Origin: Azolla caroliniana
Lineage: Eukaryota; Plantae; Polypodiophyta
DNA: 64,000 bases
Direction: 5' to 3'
NCBI GenBank assembly: GCA_043228905.1
Contig: JBHGNT010000004.1
Span: 8,184,001-8,248,000 of the forward strand
Of this stretch, positions 36,341-49,701 are shown piece after piece (positions within the stretch are counted from its first letter, which is position 1; each line of letters opens with the position of its first letter). Below the pieces are notes generated by a model. It worked only from the letters and a program-made list of their open reading frames with translations. It was not told where the DNA came from and did no database searches. Made by a program: the position numbers and the translations under genes.

Positions 36341-37269
36341 CTACCTCCCATGGACAATGTCTTCAAAAGCATCAACTAGCTGCCCCGCTAAACTTATTGG
36401 GTCATCTCCAAGAGTACCAATAAAGACACTAACTACTCTTTTCTCGTGTTTAGTGGCCCTTAGCGTATACCATGTCAAGAATTTCATTCGGAACTCTTCC
36501 TTCAGATGGCCTTCACATTCCAACCAACGGATAACCTTTACAGAGAATTCAAAAGTTTTAAATTCAGCTTCGGCATCATAAGTCAACATATTTTGCACAT
36601 TGCTATATGTGAGTCCTTCAAACACCTCACGTTGGCGCTTTTTGCTATGAATCTGCATAGCCCAACCTTGTGGTGCTTGATTACAATCAATAATATCTTT
36701 TGTAGAATCATCATCATCTATGTGAGAATATGAACCATTAACACCACCATTACGAAAAATACTTGAAACAAAATGGGTCCTTGCATCTGAGACAGAGAAA
36801 AATCCATTGGAATAATCTGCATCTTGGGATTTCGACCCATTCTCTAGTTCATCTATCCTATAGTTCATGTCAAATGTTCTATTCACCTGTCTTGAAGTTC
36901 CCTCATTCGTTGTATTGATAACGACAACATCCATTGCTGAGTAAATCTTGAACGGTGGTTTCATTTCTTCCATACCCTTAGTAGAGCATCTGGCTTCACT
37001 ATGCACCAAATCACCTTCAGCTGTGAATAGAACCACTTTGAAAGTATATTCTGTTAGAGGAAGCAAGTTTGAAATCTTAAAGGTTGCTTTCATATCACAT
37101 ACAGTTCCTGTTGGAGTGCATGCATAAGAAGGGTCACTTGTCCTTCGATGCCAAAGTTTGTAGCCAAGCAAGGCTGCCTTTACGTTTACTGCATCATCAT
37201 TCACAGAAATAACTATCGAAGTTGAGCTCACATTTTCGAAGTGTACTATGCAAGGTGCTGATTTATATC
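36341..37269 (-). CDS. VIL: VIN3-like protein, exon 3 (FNIII domain + C-terminal VEL/VID domain)
   Basis: Acceptor TTTTCCAG|GA; FNIII (VHFENVSSTSIV, GYKLWHR, ISNLLPLTEYTFKVV); C-terminus FEFSVKVIRWLECEGHLKEEFRMKFLTWY...DDPISLAGQLVDAF; stop at 36341..36343. Confidence 0.95.
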
Positions 37270-37357
37270 CTGGAAAATAACCAAAAATTAATCTCAAGCT
37301 ATATAACAATAGTACAAGAAGAGACAATCACCGATCAGAAATACACAAAAGGAAAAC

Positions 37358-37665
37358 CTGAAAGGTTTCCATCCTCTCTGCTATCCAACTTGGACGCTTC
37401 TGCCTTCTGTATTGCCAGATCAATGAGTTTCTGAACTTCAGCAATGCATGAAAGACGATTCACGATGCATCGGGATAAAGTGTTTGAACCTGCTCCCATC
37501 TTACTCACTTCAGTTTCCAACTTGCTAACAGCCTCATCAATCAGACTGTGGTAGTCTTTATGTTGCTTGGTGCCTCTAAATAATCGATGGCTTAAAAGGA
37601 GACGATCTCGGAATATGTCTACCCTTCGAGCATCTTTTGCAATTCTAAGTTGTTTTTTCCAGGAA
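37358..37665 (-). CDS. VIL: VIN3-like protein, exon 2 (helical bundle)
   Basis: SWKKQLRIAKDARRVD...KLETEV...RCIVNRLS; AG/GT boundaries with phases compatible with exons 1 and 3. Confidence 0.95.
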
Positions 37666-38099
37666 CTAGAAATCCAAGAAAAGCAGATGAGCACTTCTAT
37701 TGATGCAAACATCTGTACAATTTTTCACATCGAAATAAAAAACTACCATACATATAAAATATATAAGGTTTATATGTTTTAAATTAAATTGAATACAAGA
37801 TAGAAAGATATAAAACTCACTGATCAACAAGTCATCATGCAAAGATCTCATTTAGCTAAAGACTATGACGCAAATAAAATACAAGTTTCACAAGCTAGCA
37901 TACATATAAAATCCTTACAGTATAAATAGTTCCAACTTAACGTGAATACAAGATAGGAAGATATTAAACTGGCCAATCAATTAATCATTAGCCAAAGTTT
38001 ATCCTTTAAGTGAAGACTAGGACCTGGATTGAACCTCTATAGGAGTTAAGAGGCATAGATACCTGTCCATTGAGACCATCTCTCCACATCACTTAGGTT

Positions 38100-38400
38100 G
38101 GACTTATAGAATGCTCTGGATATATCTATATCTACCTATCTCATACGTCGAGATGTCCCACATCATGGATTCGGGTATACCCAGAGAGAGGATATGTCAG
38201 CGAAGCCATACAGAGCCAGAGTCTGAGCACTACATACAACCCTGCAACATTTACTAGTTACATTCGAGGACACTTCAATTGCATCTTATATACATACATA
38301 TTATGTCTAATACACAGCAAGGCTTCAGTACCACATGTCATTCCTAGATCAGAGCTTGGTGGCTCACTACATTACTCATGCTAATCGCAGCCTTCTTCTG
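38100..38400 (+). mobile_element. degraded LINE 3' fragment in VIL intron 1
   Basis: Reads IP.ERICQ...EPESEHYI..C...Y.IR, the C-terminal Cys/His motif of LINE ORF2. Confidence 0.45.
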
Positions 38401-38949
38401 AACTGTGTGAGGTCTCTAGGCAGCATGTGGAATCAGACAAGAGTGGGGGTCATGGGTCATGGGTCATGGTAATTGCAAGCAAGAGAAGCAAATGAGCTAG
38501 ATACGGAAAGCGTATATGATACAAAATTCACCCTTCATCTGCCTCTCACATTTTGAGAGAAATAGAGTTTTCAGACATGACTTCCAGCAGCTCTATGTAA
38601 GAGAGACTTAGATCGCACAGAGAGCCCCTTCACCTTAGGATGTAATACAATCAAGACCACTCCATCGCAACTCTAACAAATGGGTTCCTTCAGCAACCTC
38701 CATACATGGACGTTGAATATATATTGCTCTTTGAGAACAAACCAAAATAAATAAAACAAGATTAGTAAAACTTCCTAAGATATTAGATGAGCACATTAGC
38801 TAAGCAAGCACTTGACATTCTGAGATTAGATGGATATAAATTTTGTCTTCAAATCCCAGATAGAGACTTCCCAAAGCAGGGAAGAGCCTTCGGTGTCAGG
38901 TGATTATGGCCTTGGTGATTGAAATGTGGTCCAGATGGACATGACTTAC

Positions 38950-39650
38950 AATCGCAAAAAAAATCTATTGTAACTCTTTCCAAATGGTGTAGCTGAAACC
39001 CTACTTCTGTAGCGTTGGATTGAAATGAAGCATAAGGGGTGATGGTCCTAAAGAAAGTTGTGATGGTTCTTTGTTGATGAAGTTTTGTGGTTGCATTAAT
39101 TGTTGTCCTTCAGCAACTTCTCTCTGTGTCTCTTGATCTCTAACATGAACAATTCCAGGAACCATTGGTCTTCTTATTCCATTACCTTGCAAGTGGTCCA
39201 AAACCTTGTTTAGGCAATGGTATCTTCCCCTTATTTCATAAATAACAGTACAATAGCAAATATAGGGTTGTTCTGATTCCATACCTTGATGGACCAACTG
39301 GCAGATCCATTCTTCTATAGATTTGGGTCTCTGGATGCATGTATACTTGTCCCAATATCTAATTAAAGCTAAAACGTGATCAACTTCTCTATTACACTAC
39401 CAAGTGCATGAGATAGATGTGTATCCATATAAAAGGGCATGATGGTAAATCCCTCTTACCAACAGCATAAATAGACATGCTATAGTGGGCCATTTTCATA
39501 CCAAGAGGTTTTGGGGGGCTGATCCACATTCTTTCAGAATACGTTTTAATGATCTTGGTTCAAATCACTTTATCTTTTCCCACTTTCATCAGGTCCAAGC
39601 GTGGACAATCCAAGCAATATTGGAATGGGGTAGTATATTTATATTTATGT
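38950..39650 (-). mobile_element. degraded LINE 3' fragment in VIL intron 1
   Basis: EEWICQLVHQGMESEQPYICYCTVIYEIRGRYHCL, LINE ORF2 C-terminal motif. Confidence 0.6.
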
Positions 39651-39890
39651 CATGTTGATTGGTGAGTGAGGAACATTTCATTTGAAGATGTAAGCACATG
39701 CAGACATCAAAATGCAGATTCAAGGATTCACTCACAGGAGAGCCCAACCTTTTGACTTATCACGGAGTTCAGAGATCTGTGTCAGTTTGATCACTTCTTG
39801 CTCAAGCTCTGGAGTCATAGAGATGCATGGACACATACCAAACTCATACCAAAAGGGAGGAGATACCAATGTCTCACAGATTTCTTTGAG

Positions 39891-40016
39891 AGGGCTGAAC
39901 CTCCACCGCCAGTTATATGTGGAGAAGTCACCTTATGGCAGGTGCAGGTGACAAGTTTTGGGGCTGAGCCTCCACCATCAGTGATATGTGCAAGAGTTGC
40001 CTTATGGCAGGTGCAA
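39891..40016. repeat. ~69-bp tandem duplication
   Basis: GGGCTGA.CCTCCACC.CAGT.ATATGTG...CCTTATGGCAGGTGCA occurs twice. Confidence 0.8.
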
Positions 40017-40401
40017 GCCCAAGAACATAGGTCTCCCAGGACCCACACTACAGTTCAGAAGAACAAGGACATCAGATGCAAATACTCCCATGTTGCCCAC
40101 AAGAGGATAGCTCAAAGCTGCAGACCTGGCACTCGTGCCCACCAATGTACTTCATTTTACACCCTCTATCACATGTTGAGCAAGCCTGCATTTCATTATT
40201 ATAATGCATTTTATCATTGTACTACTCTGTTCATATAAGCAAGCTAGATTTGGGAGCGAAGCAGGGGGAGCTGCTACATCTCAAGATTACATTTTCCACC
40301 TACACCTGATTTATCAAACGAATTTCTCACGATATATCTTTTGGCACTATTGTTAGGATATATCTTTTGGCACTAACGATATCTCTTATTCACATTGGCT
40401 T

Positions 40402-40451
<50 letters not shown>

Positions 40452-40642
40452 TCCACATCTCTTCGACCAAGCCCAATCCTTGCATGAATTTCTCTCACAA
40501 CCACAATGTGCACTCTTGATTGCAACATTCATTGGTAAAGTTCTTGAACATCGAGAGTCACTACTCACTTTCACACGTATCACGTGAAATGTAATATTTT
40601 TGGTCTCATAGGTCATATTTGACCTCCAAAGACGATAATATA

Positions 40643-40675
<33 letters not shown>

Positions 40676-41800
40676 ATGACACGGAAATACTTGTCGTTGC
40701 CATCAAGAAGATGGCAGACATGAAATCATAAACCAGCAGAAAAGCCGACATTGATCGTTGAGATCACTACGAAAGCAACAAATGTTGCAAATGATGAACT
40801 CTATGAGTGTCACATCCAAGAGAAAAATGCCATCAAGCTATCCATCCAAGAGCGCCACACGATTGCACAAACACCTCACCGTGAGCACAACCCAAACCAT
40901 CCAACCCATCATCTCTCTCCACAACAAAGAAAACCAATTGAAAATTTTACACCACTCCCCCCTCCTGGAAAAGACCAACTGATGGATACCTGAGGATTTC
41001 ACCCCAAACCAACCTACAAAGGTGATCAGCTCAAGGAGATACATCACGCCTGCAAGGAGGAAAAAATGGGTGATTCTCAATGGAAGCCAAATGACCAATC
41101 AAGAGTTCCAACCTCCCAAACAGTTAGCCCTCCAAACACCACCAGCCTCTAGGATTTAACTATGGTTTTTGTTTTAGTTATTACTTTATTTATATCCCCT
41201 ATCATATGGGGGTACAATAATTCTGTCCCATTTGCTTTGGTCTCACAGTCATATTTTTGGCATCCTACTGACTGTTTCTATTCTTTTTTTGGTCCTGAAG
41301 GTCATATTTAACCTCCGTGGATTATAAGTTTATCTATGCATCTCACCATATTAGAATTGTATCCTAGTGCTTAGCAAAAAATTTATTAACCCATGTACAA
41401 ATCTCACTCATTCCATTAATTTACTGGGTGACACTGCAAAATGTAGGTGTTGAACATATGACCTTCCTGTCTTTGCCAAACAACCTTACCAGTTGAGTTG
41501 TCCATCTAAAACCTCTTTTTGTTCTTCTAATATGATATTAAACCAACAAAAAATACTTGTTATCCCTACTACAATAGTGAGGATCTTATGGCAAGATAAA
41601 GCCCACAAGGTCCGGTCAGACTAGTGACATACAGGCAACCCCTCCAAGGGCAAGGGATTGGCAGAGCCTAGTAGCAAAAACTGTCAAGTCCATTTTCGTT
41701 TCAGTCTATGTACCTGTTGTGGTACACCATGGAGACCATCAAACAAGAATTCATTTCTCATACTCTCTCTTTATCTCTCTAGATAAGATGAAGAATGTAC

Positions 41801-42939
41801 CCAATCAAAGGTGTAACCATTCCACAAAATTGGCAGAAAAAGCTTCCATCCAGAGGTGGGATCTTCTTATTTACTCGCCCTACTCCAGCAACATCATGCT
41901 CCAAAGCACATTCAATATGACATGAGAGGCCACAACCTCCAATCTCAGTGTTACAAAGGATCCAAAGACTAGGATCCTTGTTGTCATCAAACTTCTCGCA
42001 GATAGAGCATGAACAGCGACGACAAAATGCATCCTCTGATGAAATCTTGGCTTTACAGGCTAAATTCTTACACACCTTAGTGGACTTCACATGTGATGGC
42101 CTCTTCTCTACGAAGTTGGAATTGGGCTTCTTCGACACAGCATCACAAATAGCATTGTCTCCATTTGATTGCAGTGGCATTTCATTCTTCATGCAATAAT
42201 CATAGAAATCAGTTCTTTCATTTGGTTTTGGTAGCATTCCTTTACCATAATAATCATTTGGTCCATTTGGATGTGGTAAAATTCCATTCTTCATTCCATT
42301 ATCATAATTCAAAGCATTTTTGCCATTGGCACAAGACACCATTTCATTCTTATAAAATGAGTTGTTTTCATTTGGTTCTGGTAACAATCCATTACCACAA
42401 AAAGAATGTGTTCTATTAAGTTTTCCACTCTTCATTCTATCACCATGCAAAGCATTTGTTCTATTTGTTCGTGGTAGCATATGATTCTTCAAAGCATTTT
42501 TCCCATTGGTATGTTGTACCGTTCCATCCTTCTCTTCTTCTTCTTCTTCTTCTTCTTCTTCTTCTTCTCCTTCTTCTTCTTCTTCTTCTTTCTCTTCTTC
42601 ACCTTCTTGTTTCTCTCTGGTACACACTTGATCAGACCTATTTTCGCACGGAAGTGGCGGTGGCAGCAGGACCCGAGAAGGTTTGGTCGCTTTCCTTTGC
42701 CTTTTGGAGGAGACAAAAGCAGAGCTTCTGTTAGGGTTTGCAGGGGCTTCCGAAACTGCATCAGAGACTTCTAGGAGCCTCAAGAAAGGGTCTGAAGAGG
42801 TGGTCTTAAATCCTCCACCATTAGAAATCCTTCCCTTGGCTGGTTTTGGGGGGCAGAGGAGTCGCAACAAATCCTGGAATGTGTTGATTTCAATATCGCC
42901 CAAATCGCCTGTGCTGTCGTCGGTGTGACCCTGCATCAT
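41801..42939 (-). CDS. VIL: VIN3-like protein, exon 1 (N-terminus, poly-Glu, Asn-rich repeats, PHD finger)
   Basis: CKNLACKA...FCRRCSCSICEKFDDNKDPSLWILC...CGLSCHIECAL...LDGSFFCQFCG is the VIN3/Oberon-type PHD; donor GG|GTAC at 41800. Start codon assumed at 42939; an upstream exon is not excluded. Confidence 0.92.
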
Positions 42940-42957
42940 CTCTCCTGCTTCTTTTCT

Positions 42958-42992
42958 TCCTGCCCCCTGCCCCCTGCCCCCTGCCCCCTGCC

Positions 42993-43023
<31 letters not shown>

Positions 43024-43139
43024 TATTCTGCGCCCTGGACGCTTCGATTTGACATAAAAGCTTTAGAAGACTAAAAACTGTTATGGTTCCAGTGTGTTTA
43101 GGTGGGTGGGGATCGAGCATGTGTCGCTACACACACACA

Positions 43140-43184
<45 letters not shown>
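42958..43184. repeat. microsatellites upstream of VIL ATG: (CCCCTG)n/(CTCCTG)n and (GA)n
   Basis: Directly visible; reads as a (TC)n tract on the gene strand, common in plant 5' UTRs. Confidence 0.85.
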
Positions 43185-43190
<6 letters not shown>

Positions 43191-43313
43191 GCAAAAAGGC
43201 ATTCTCTTTCTGCAGATCGGGGCTCCAAAAGTCTATACAATTGACATTGCTTCTTCTCCATGCACCACGTCATGTTAAGATTGAAGAAGTCTATATTAGG
43301 GTTATAAAAGGTA

Positions 43314-43347
<34 letters not shown>

Positions 43348-43685
43348 GTTGTCGGACTCAAAGAGTCTCCCTGGACGCCCCCCCCCCCCATACCTCTCGT
43401 GTCTATTGCCTCTCACTCACTTCTTTGGACACTTCCTCGCGACGTGCCGGCTCATCCTTGTGCATCCACAGTTTCCACCCAATATCTTTCTATAATCTCC
43501 ACCCAACACCATTCACATATTGGAACCTAGAGACATTCTACTTGCAAGCCAAAACTCTGCAACAATGCTCATTATATCTGTCTCTTTCTCTTTTATCGTA
43601 AGTACCTTTTCCTCGAGTGGTAAGTTGTTACACTACAATCACTATGTCTTGGGTTCGAAACCTAATTATTTCACCTCTCTATTAC

Positions 43686-43900
43686 ATACTTCATACATAT
43701 CTCTTTTAATTCACTAAACACCAATGTGGAATGTTAGAGGTAAGAAACAAACGTCATACACCCACCTAACTTCTTGAGATGACATCACTTCCAATACTTC
43801 ATACATATCTCTCTTAATTCACTAGATACCAATGTGGAATGTCGGGGTAAGAAACAAACGTCATTCACCCACCTACTTCTTGAGACAAGATCACTTCCAA
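43686..43900. repeat. ~108-bp tandem duplication upstream of VIL
   Basis: ATACTTCATACATATCTCT...CCAATGTGGAATGT...GTAAGAAACAAACGTCAT...ATCACTTCCAA occurs twice. Confidence 0.8.
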
Positions 43901-46900
43901 TTGAGATCTTGGCCATGGAAAGGGTTGTCGACATTGACTTCCCAAAATAGCATAGGGGCAAGCAAAAAAAGATCCAAATTTTGTGTTCTGATTGGATGCA
44001 AGACATTTGAAAAATGGTTTCGAAGATGGGATGCAACATACTTGCTATTATGATGCACCTCTAGATTCCTCTACAAATGAGACCTTTTACAACGCTAATG
44101 TATCATGACATGGGAGAAATGTGGAGACTCACGCTTCACACATTATACTATGTATGTTGCACCTAACTACAAAACCATATTCTTCGATGAAAAGGGAAAC
44201 TGTACACATCAATAAATGTTAGAGTTCATCCCATTATCGGCCATCCGAACATGTATTACGTGAAAATGTAATATTTTGGGTCTCATACATCATATTTGAC
44301 CTCCAAAAATGATAATACATATTACAATCTATCTATCTACCATCCATAAATAATGTCTTTCATTACAAAAGAAAACACCACCATGAGTAACTTACAATAG
44401 ACTTTAGAACTCTAGGGATCTAGGGATCTAAATACCATGAAGTCAATCCCACCCTACTCACAAATTCAGATAACAAATATGATGGATTGTCACCTTGCAC
44501 TATTTTTTCATGGTTGAGATTTTGTGACTTCTTTAACAATTGTCAATTGCCACAAAAAAAGCCTTGAACTTTGCAACATCTCTCTCTCTCTCTCATTGTT
44601 GGAAAATAAAACATCTTTTCCATTCTATTCTATTCTCTCTCTCAATTAGTTCGATCTAAGATTAAAAAGCATGTCTTTAATTATCTTGTATTATTGTTCT
44701 TATATCATTGACTCTTGTGCAAATATATCACATGGTTATCACTTTGATTTTACCATATCAAATCTATGGCTTGTATGTGTGTGAACCTATGTAGGATAAT
44801 TTGTGAAATATGGGAGATGTGTAAGGTTTATTGCATTATGTATAGACGTTATGTTGTGCTCGAGTATGTAATGTCTAATATAAGTGTATTAGTTGATTGG
44901 ATCATGCTTCTCCATGCTAGTTTGGAGTTGTGATAGTAAATAACCAATGACCATTACACGAGGTTACGAAAAGCTAAAGTGAAATGAGGTTGCCCACTTA
45001 TGAGGGCACTTGTAATGGGGAACAAAATGTGTTCCCTTATTGCTGCCCAACCATTCAACAAATCGTCCACCTCATGGCTCTTAATTCTTACTTTTTGTCA
45101 TATTAGTTGTCAATTTAACCCTTCACGTTGACCTATGTATTGCGCCATATTACGTACACTTGAGCCCAAACCAATACTTAGGTTATTATGTATGTAGAGT
45201 CAGCAACTCCAATTAGTCCATCCATGCAAGTGAGTAATGCCTTTTGCTTGGGATATGAAACTAGTTCCCATAATTATCGAGTTGTGGAAAGTGAAGTTAT
45301 ACAAGTCACCCATGCCTATTCATCTATGGAAATGACTAATGTCTCTTGTTTGGGATTCGATACATGTTCCAACACCCTCGGGGGTGTGGAAAGTAGATTT
45401 GCAAAGTCACTTTTAGAGCAATTTGTTAATGCACATGATCTCAAACTAGAAATATGATCAACTATTGTTTCAACCCATAGTTAGGATGTGAAAAGTGAAT
45501 TTCGAAAGCCATGTTTTAGGAACGAATTGTTACTATTATGCACGATCATATGAATAATTATTAAATAAGCACAACATCATATTCATTGCATTAGACTTGA
45601 ATCTATCTTAGTAAGGTAAGGTTGAGAACCTATAAAGGTTTGGGTTGAATTCGGGAACAACTAAAGCCTCTTATACAATATACTGAAGTAATGCTTTCAT
45701 GTTGTGCTTTAGCACTTCTTCATCTCATGATGTTCTATTGAAAAATAAAAATTGATAGTGCTTGATATGATCATTACTCTTGATTAATTTCAACCTTGGA
45801 AAATGTGTTTATTGTTCTCGTATTAGTGAAGTAAAAAAACTATTCATTAGGGATCTTATTTTAGTTCTTAGCATTTCGATACTAAGGATAGTAAGATTGG
45901 ATAGTACTATGTCAAATGATACATTGACACCACATTCTTTACTTTGGCATTGACAAAGAAATATCTCAACATATAGTATAATTTATTGGTAGTATTAATC
46001 AAACAATTGTTAATGTAGTGTCCTCGATTATTTGAGTTTTAATAGGGAGTAGTGATCATCAACTCACTACAGAAACACATTGTGACATTTTGACACTATT
46101 GAGGTGTCACTTACAACTTCAAGTAATGATAGTTAGAGGTTGCCAATCGACTTTGAATTAGTGTATTTTTGTTGACGTGCAATAACTATAGATTGTGATG
46201 GTTTTACTTTTCTTTGATTTAATTTTGTGAATGGATCTATCGTTAATCATTTCAAAACTTTCTCCATGATCAAGTCATCATTGGAAAAGTCCAAATTAAG
46301 GAGGTAGCACAATAGGCTATTATAATCAAATGTCTTCATCATGTTCACGTTCTTCCAAAGTTTTTGAAGCTCCCAAACTATATTATTTGTTAAAAATATT
46401 ATCAACATTCATTTGGTTAGCATACATGCTTATGTGGAACATGAAATTATTTTTCTAGGTAGAACTCAAGAAACATTCCTACAATACCATACGTCAACTT
46501 GACCACTGTTTAGTTGGAATTGAAGAAACATTGCAAGAATCACAAAGGTTGAGAATGTAAATCAAACTAGATTACGTTTTGGGAGATCATGAATGATCCT
46601 ACTTAGGTATACATAGTAGTATCTTTTATTTCATTATTTGATAAACTAATTATACTCATGATCTCAGTGTCTTGTCAAAAGGTTCCTCATGGACAAACAA
46701 CATTGATTTTACTTTGAGACTTGATAAAATCACGTTTTGCAACCCAATAATACATTTTCTAATCTCAAAATGAAGAAATGGGTATGTTTTGCATTCAAAC
46801 AAATTTGTTAAATAATTCATTGTTTTGGTGGGTGCATTTAAACAACTTTCGTAAGAGTGTCAAATGATTGAGTTAACATGATTTTCGCTAAATATACTCA

Positions 46901-48197
46901 TTGGAAACAAATAAGGCAAATTCTCACTATAACTCGTTCTCGAAGTTTTTTTCTTCCAAAAAAGGCGCTACTTTCCCATTAGTTAGGAGAGACTTTTATA
47001 GGAAGACTATACAAGTATATACGTCAGGGAATCACCCTCGGCCGAGTTCAAGAATATGAGACTATGTACATATCTTCTATTATTTTCTACTTAATGTAAG
47101 TAGGTATCTAGAGCTATAAACTAGTGACAATCATTGCCAACCAGCACAAAGCCCGATCCTCTAGCCTTTAACGGAAGGAAGTGGAAGGCGAGTAGGAAAC
47201 AACCAACATGGGGGCTGGTAGTTCCACCTCGGGCCGTTTCCTCCTTGCATCACCATCAATGTGTTCCTCCATTTCTATCAAAAGTGTAAGCAGGCAGTGA
47301 CCACACCATCAGAGTGGTTGCAAAACTCGTCTAATTCTCGAAGTTTCTTTCAAATAGAGATTAGCACCTTAATAGGAATACATGCATGCAAATGTTTCTA
47401 AAATGTTAGCTTTAGGTGCACGAGGTTCAAATTTCATATAAATATAAAGTTTCTAGATTGGGAATAATCCAAACTTTAGGATCTTATTTGACTTGATTAT
47501 GGAGACCTATGCGTCAAATGCACAATTATATGCTAACATAGAGGTCAAGGTATATTGCATGAGACTTCAATTGTTGACAAACTTGAAATCGTGTATTCCA
47601 CAAGAGAAGCATGCACATGAAAAAGATATGAGGAATAGGGGAGAAGACATGTTGTGGTCACACAATGGTGTACTTCTTCAATTATAATAATGTCCCTTTA
47701 ATACTTTTACCCTTTTTAAAAAAGATATTAGTTAAAAACAGGTTTTAGTTACATACATGTTGATGCACACCATGTGGCATGGACCATATAAGAGACTTTT
47801 CGATGTTTCCACATGACATTGTTGTTATTATTCATAATTTGAAAAGTTTAATCATGAAAACCTAAAAGTTAGGTGTACACATGATGATGTAGTCATACAA
47901 CTAATTCATTGAAACGTTTTCAAGTTGTGGGTTCAAAACTCGATGCTGAAGACTACGGTTTCATTGCATATCAAAAGCCAATGCTAATAAATATTGATAT
48001 TGTTTACATTTGAATACATACATACATGATACATACATACATAGATAGATAGGTTCGTATATACATGCATACATACATACGTACATATACACATACATAA
48101 ACGTCCACATAAGACCATTACAATATGTATAAGGGATGGGTTATATCACATGCTTATAAAACTTAGGTTCTATCAATTTCATAACAAGGTAGATAGG

Positions 48198-48235
<38 letters not shown>

Positions 48236-49701
48236 TACAATACATTATTAGTGCATTATAATTTATAGATGATATAGGGATAGGACCAATCTTGTGGCTA
48301 GGATCAAAGATGTCTTCTCTTACTTTTACGAAGAAATAGAGAAATAAAAAAACATACATTATTAACATCCAAGGTCGAGTCCATGACAAGGATCAAGCTT
48401 TTACCTTTCCATTTTTGGGGTAAGGGGGGTGGGGAGGGGTTTGGGTTTAGAGATTTTGTTAGCCTTCAAAGGTTAGATATGACCTATTAGAAGAAAAACA
48501 TAATGGTATCATGGGAATTGCGAGAACGGTGTGAAAGATGTGAGTGGGACCACTAGGGACCTGAAGCACATAAGATGACTTGACAACATTGTCTATGAAG
48601 GGTTGGGGAATTTTAATGGCATGTCCTCATGCTCTTGGTGTTTTTCGCTTCGTGGATTGGATAGGTGTACTTGTAAGTATGCACTCTATGTGCGGGTTAT
48701 TAATGTGATGTCATAGGTCAAAGTGCATGCCCCTCTATGAGCAATATGATATGGTGGATGATTATGCATGTCAGAATGTGTAAATGTTTATGTGGAAATA
48801 TATGTGTTAAACTTATTCCTTGTGTAAGTGCAACATATGCTTGTGTGCATGCTCATGTGTTTGTATTAAACCCATGTGTGCACACATAAGTATGTGAATA
48901 TGTGCCCATATTCAACAAATTTATATGTCAGAATGTTTACATAGGTGTGAAAATGTTGTGCAAGTATATGTGTGTGCATGCATCATTGTACTTACAATTT
49001 ATAATCATTGTGTGTGTGTATTTATGTTTGTATGTGTCTTTTCTAATCAGGGGAAGTTGGATTTTTTGAGTTAATATATGCATATCTTATTGATAAGTCG
49101 GTAGAATTTTGGGAATTGAATGTTGCCTCTCCCTCTTTGATAGTTGGGTGTTTAAGAGGGATTGTGGCCAAAGGGGAAGGATGGAAAAGATTATTTTTTT
49201 AGTGTGCATCCTAATCTTAACACCGAGCCTAGGGTCTTGAGGAGGTTTGAGTGATGTGAAGGTATGATGTTGGCCTCCTTGTTTGTTGTGACAACTGATG
49301 GCTTGTGTAGCTTCAATCTCCACTAGTAGTGGAGGTATTGCAACATTGCTCGGTTTCCCATCGTGCGTTGTCGCGGCGTGGCTCGCTTAGAAGCGTAGTG
49401 TTGTTCGGATAGAAGATAATGTGAAATTGAGGAAGGAATCGCTAGGATTTTGGATAGAAGAGATGAAAAGAGTAGAGTAGTAAAGAGAGATCAACGAGAT
49501 ATGACAAATTAAGATGTAAAATGATATTTGAGGGAATGTAAGAAATTTATAATTTATAATTTATATATTTTTCCAAAAAAACTCCTTCCATTAGTTATAA
49601 AATTGTATAGATGAGAATGTTATATACAAATCTTAGTAGGGATGCGATAGTTCCATCTTATATGGAGGCCCAATGACTCAAGAAAGGGAGAGGACGACCA
49701 T

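Noticed and set aside
42456-42774. Poly-Leu/Phe/Lys ORFs
   Set aside because: Alternative frames of the (GAA)n tract in VIL exon 1.
45500-49600. Possible decayed DNA transposon or LINE in AT-rich DNA
   Set aside because: No TIRs, TSDs or protein motifs that I can support by eye.
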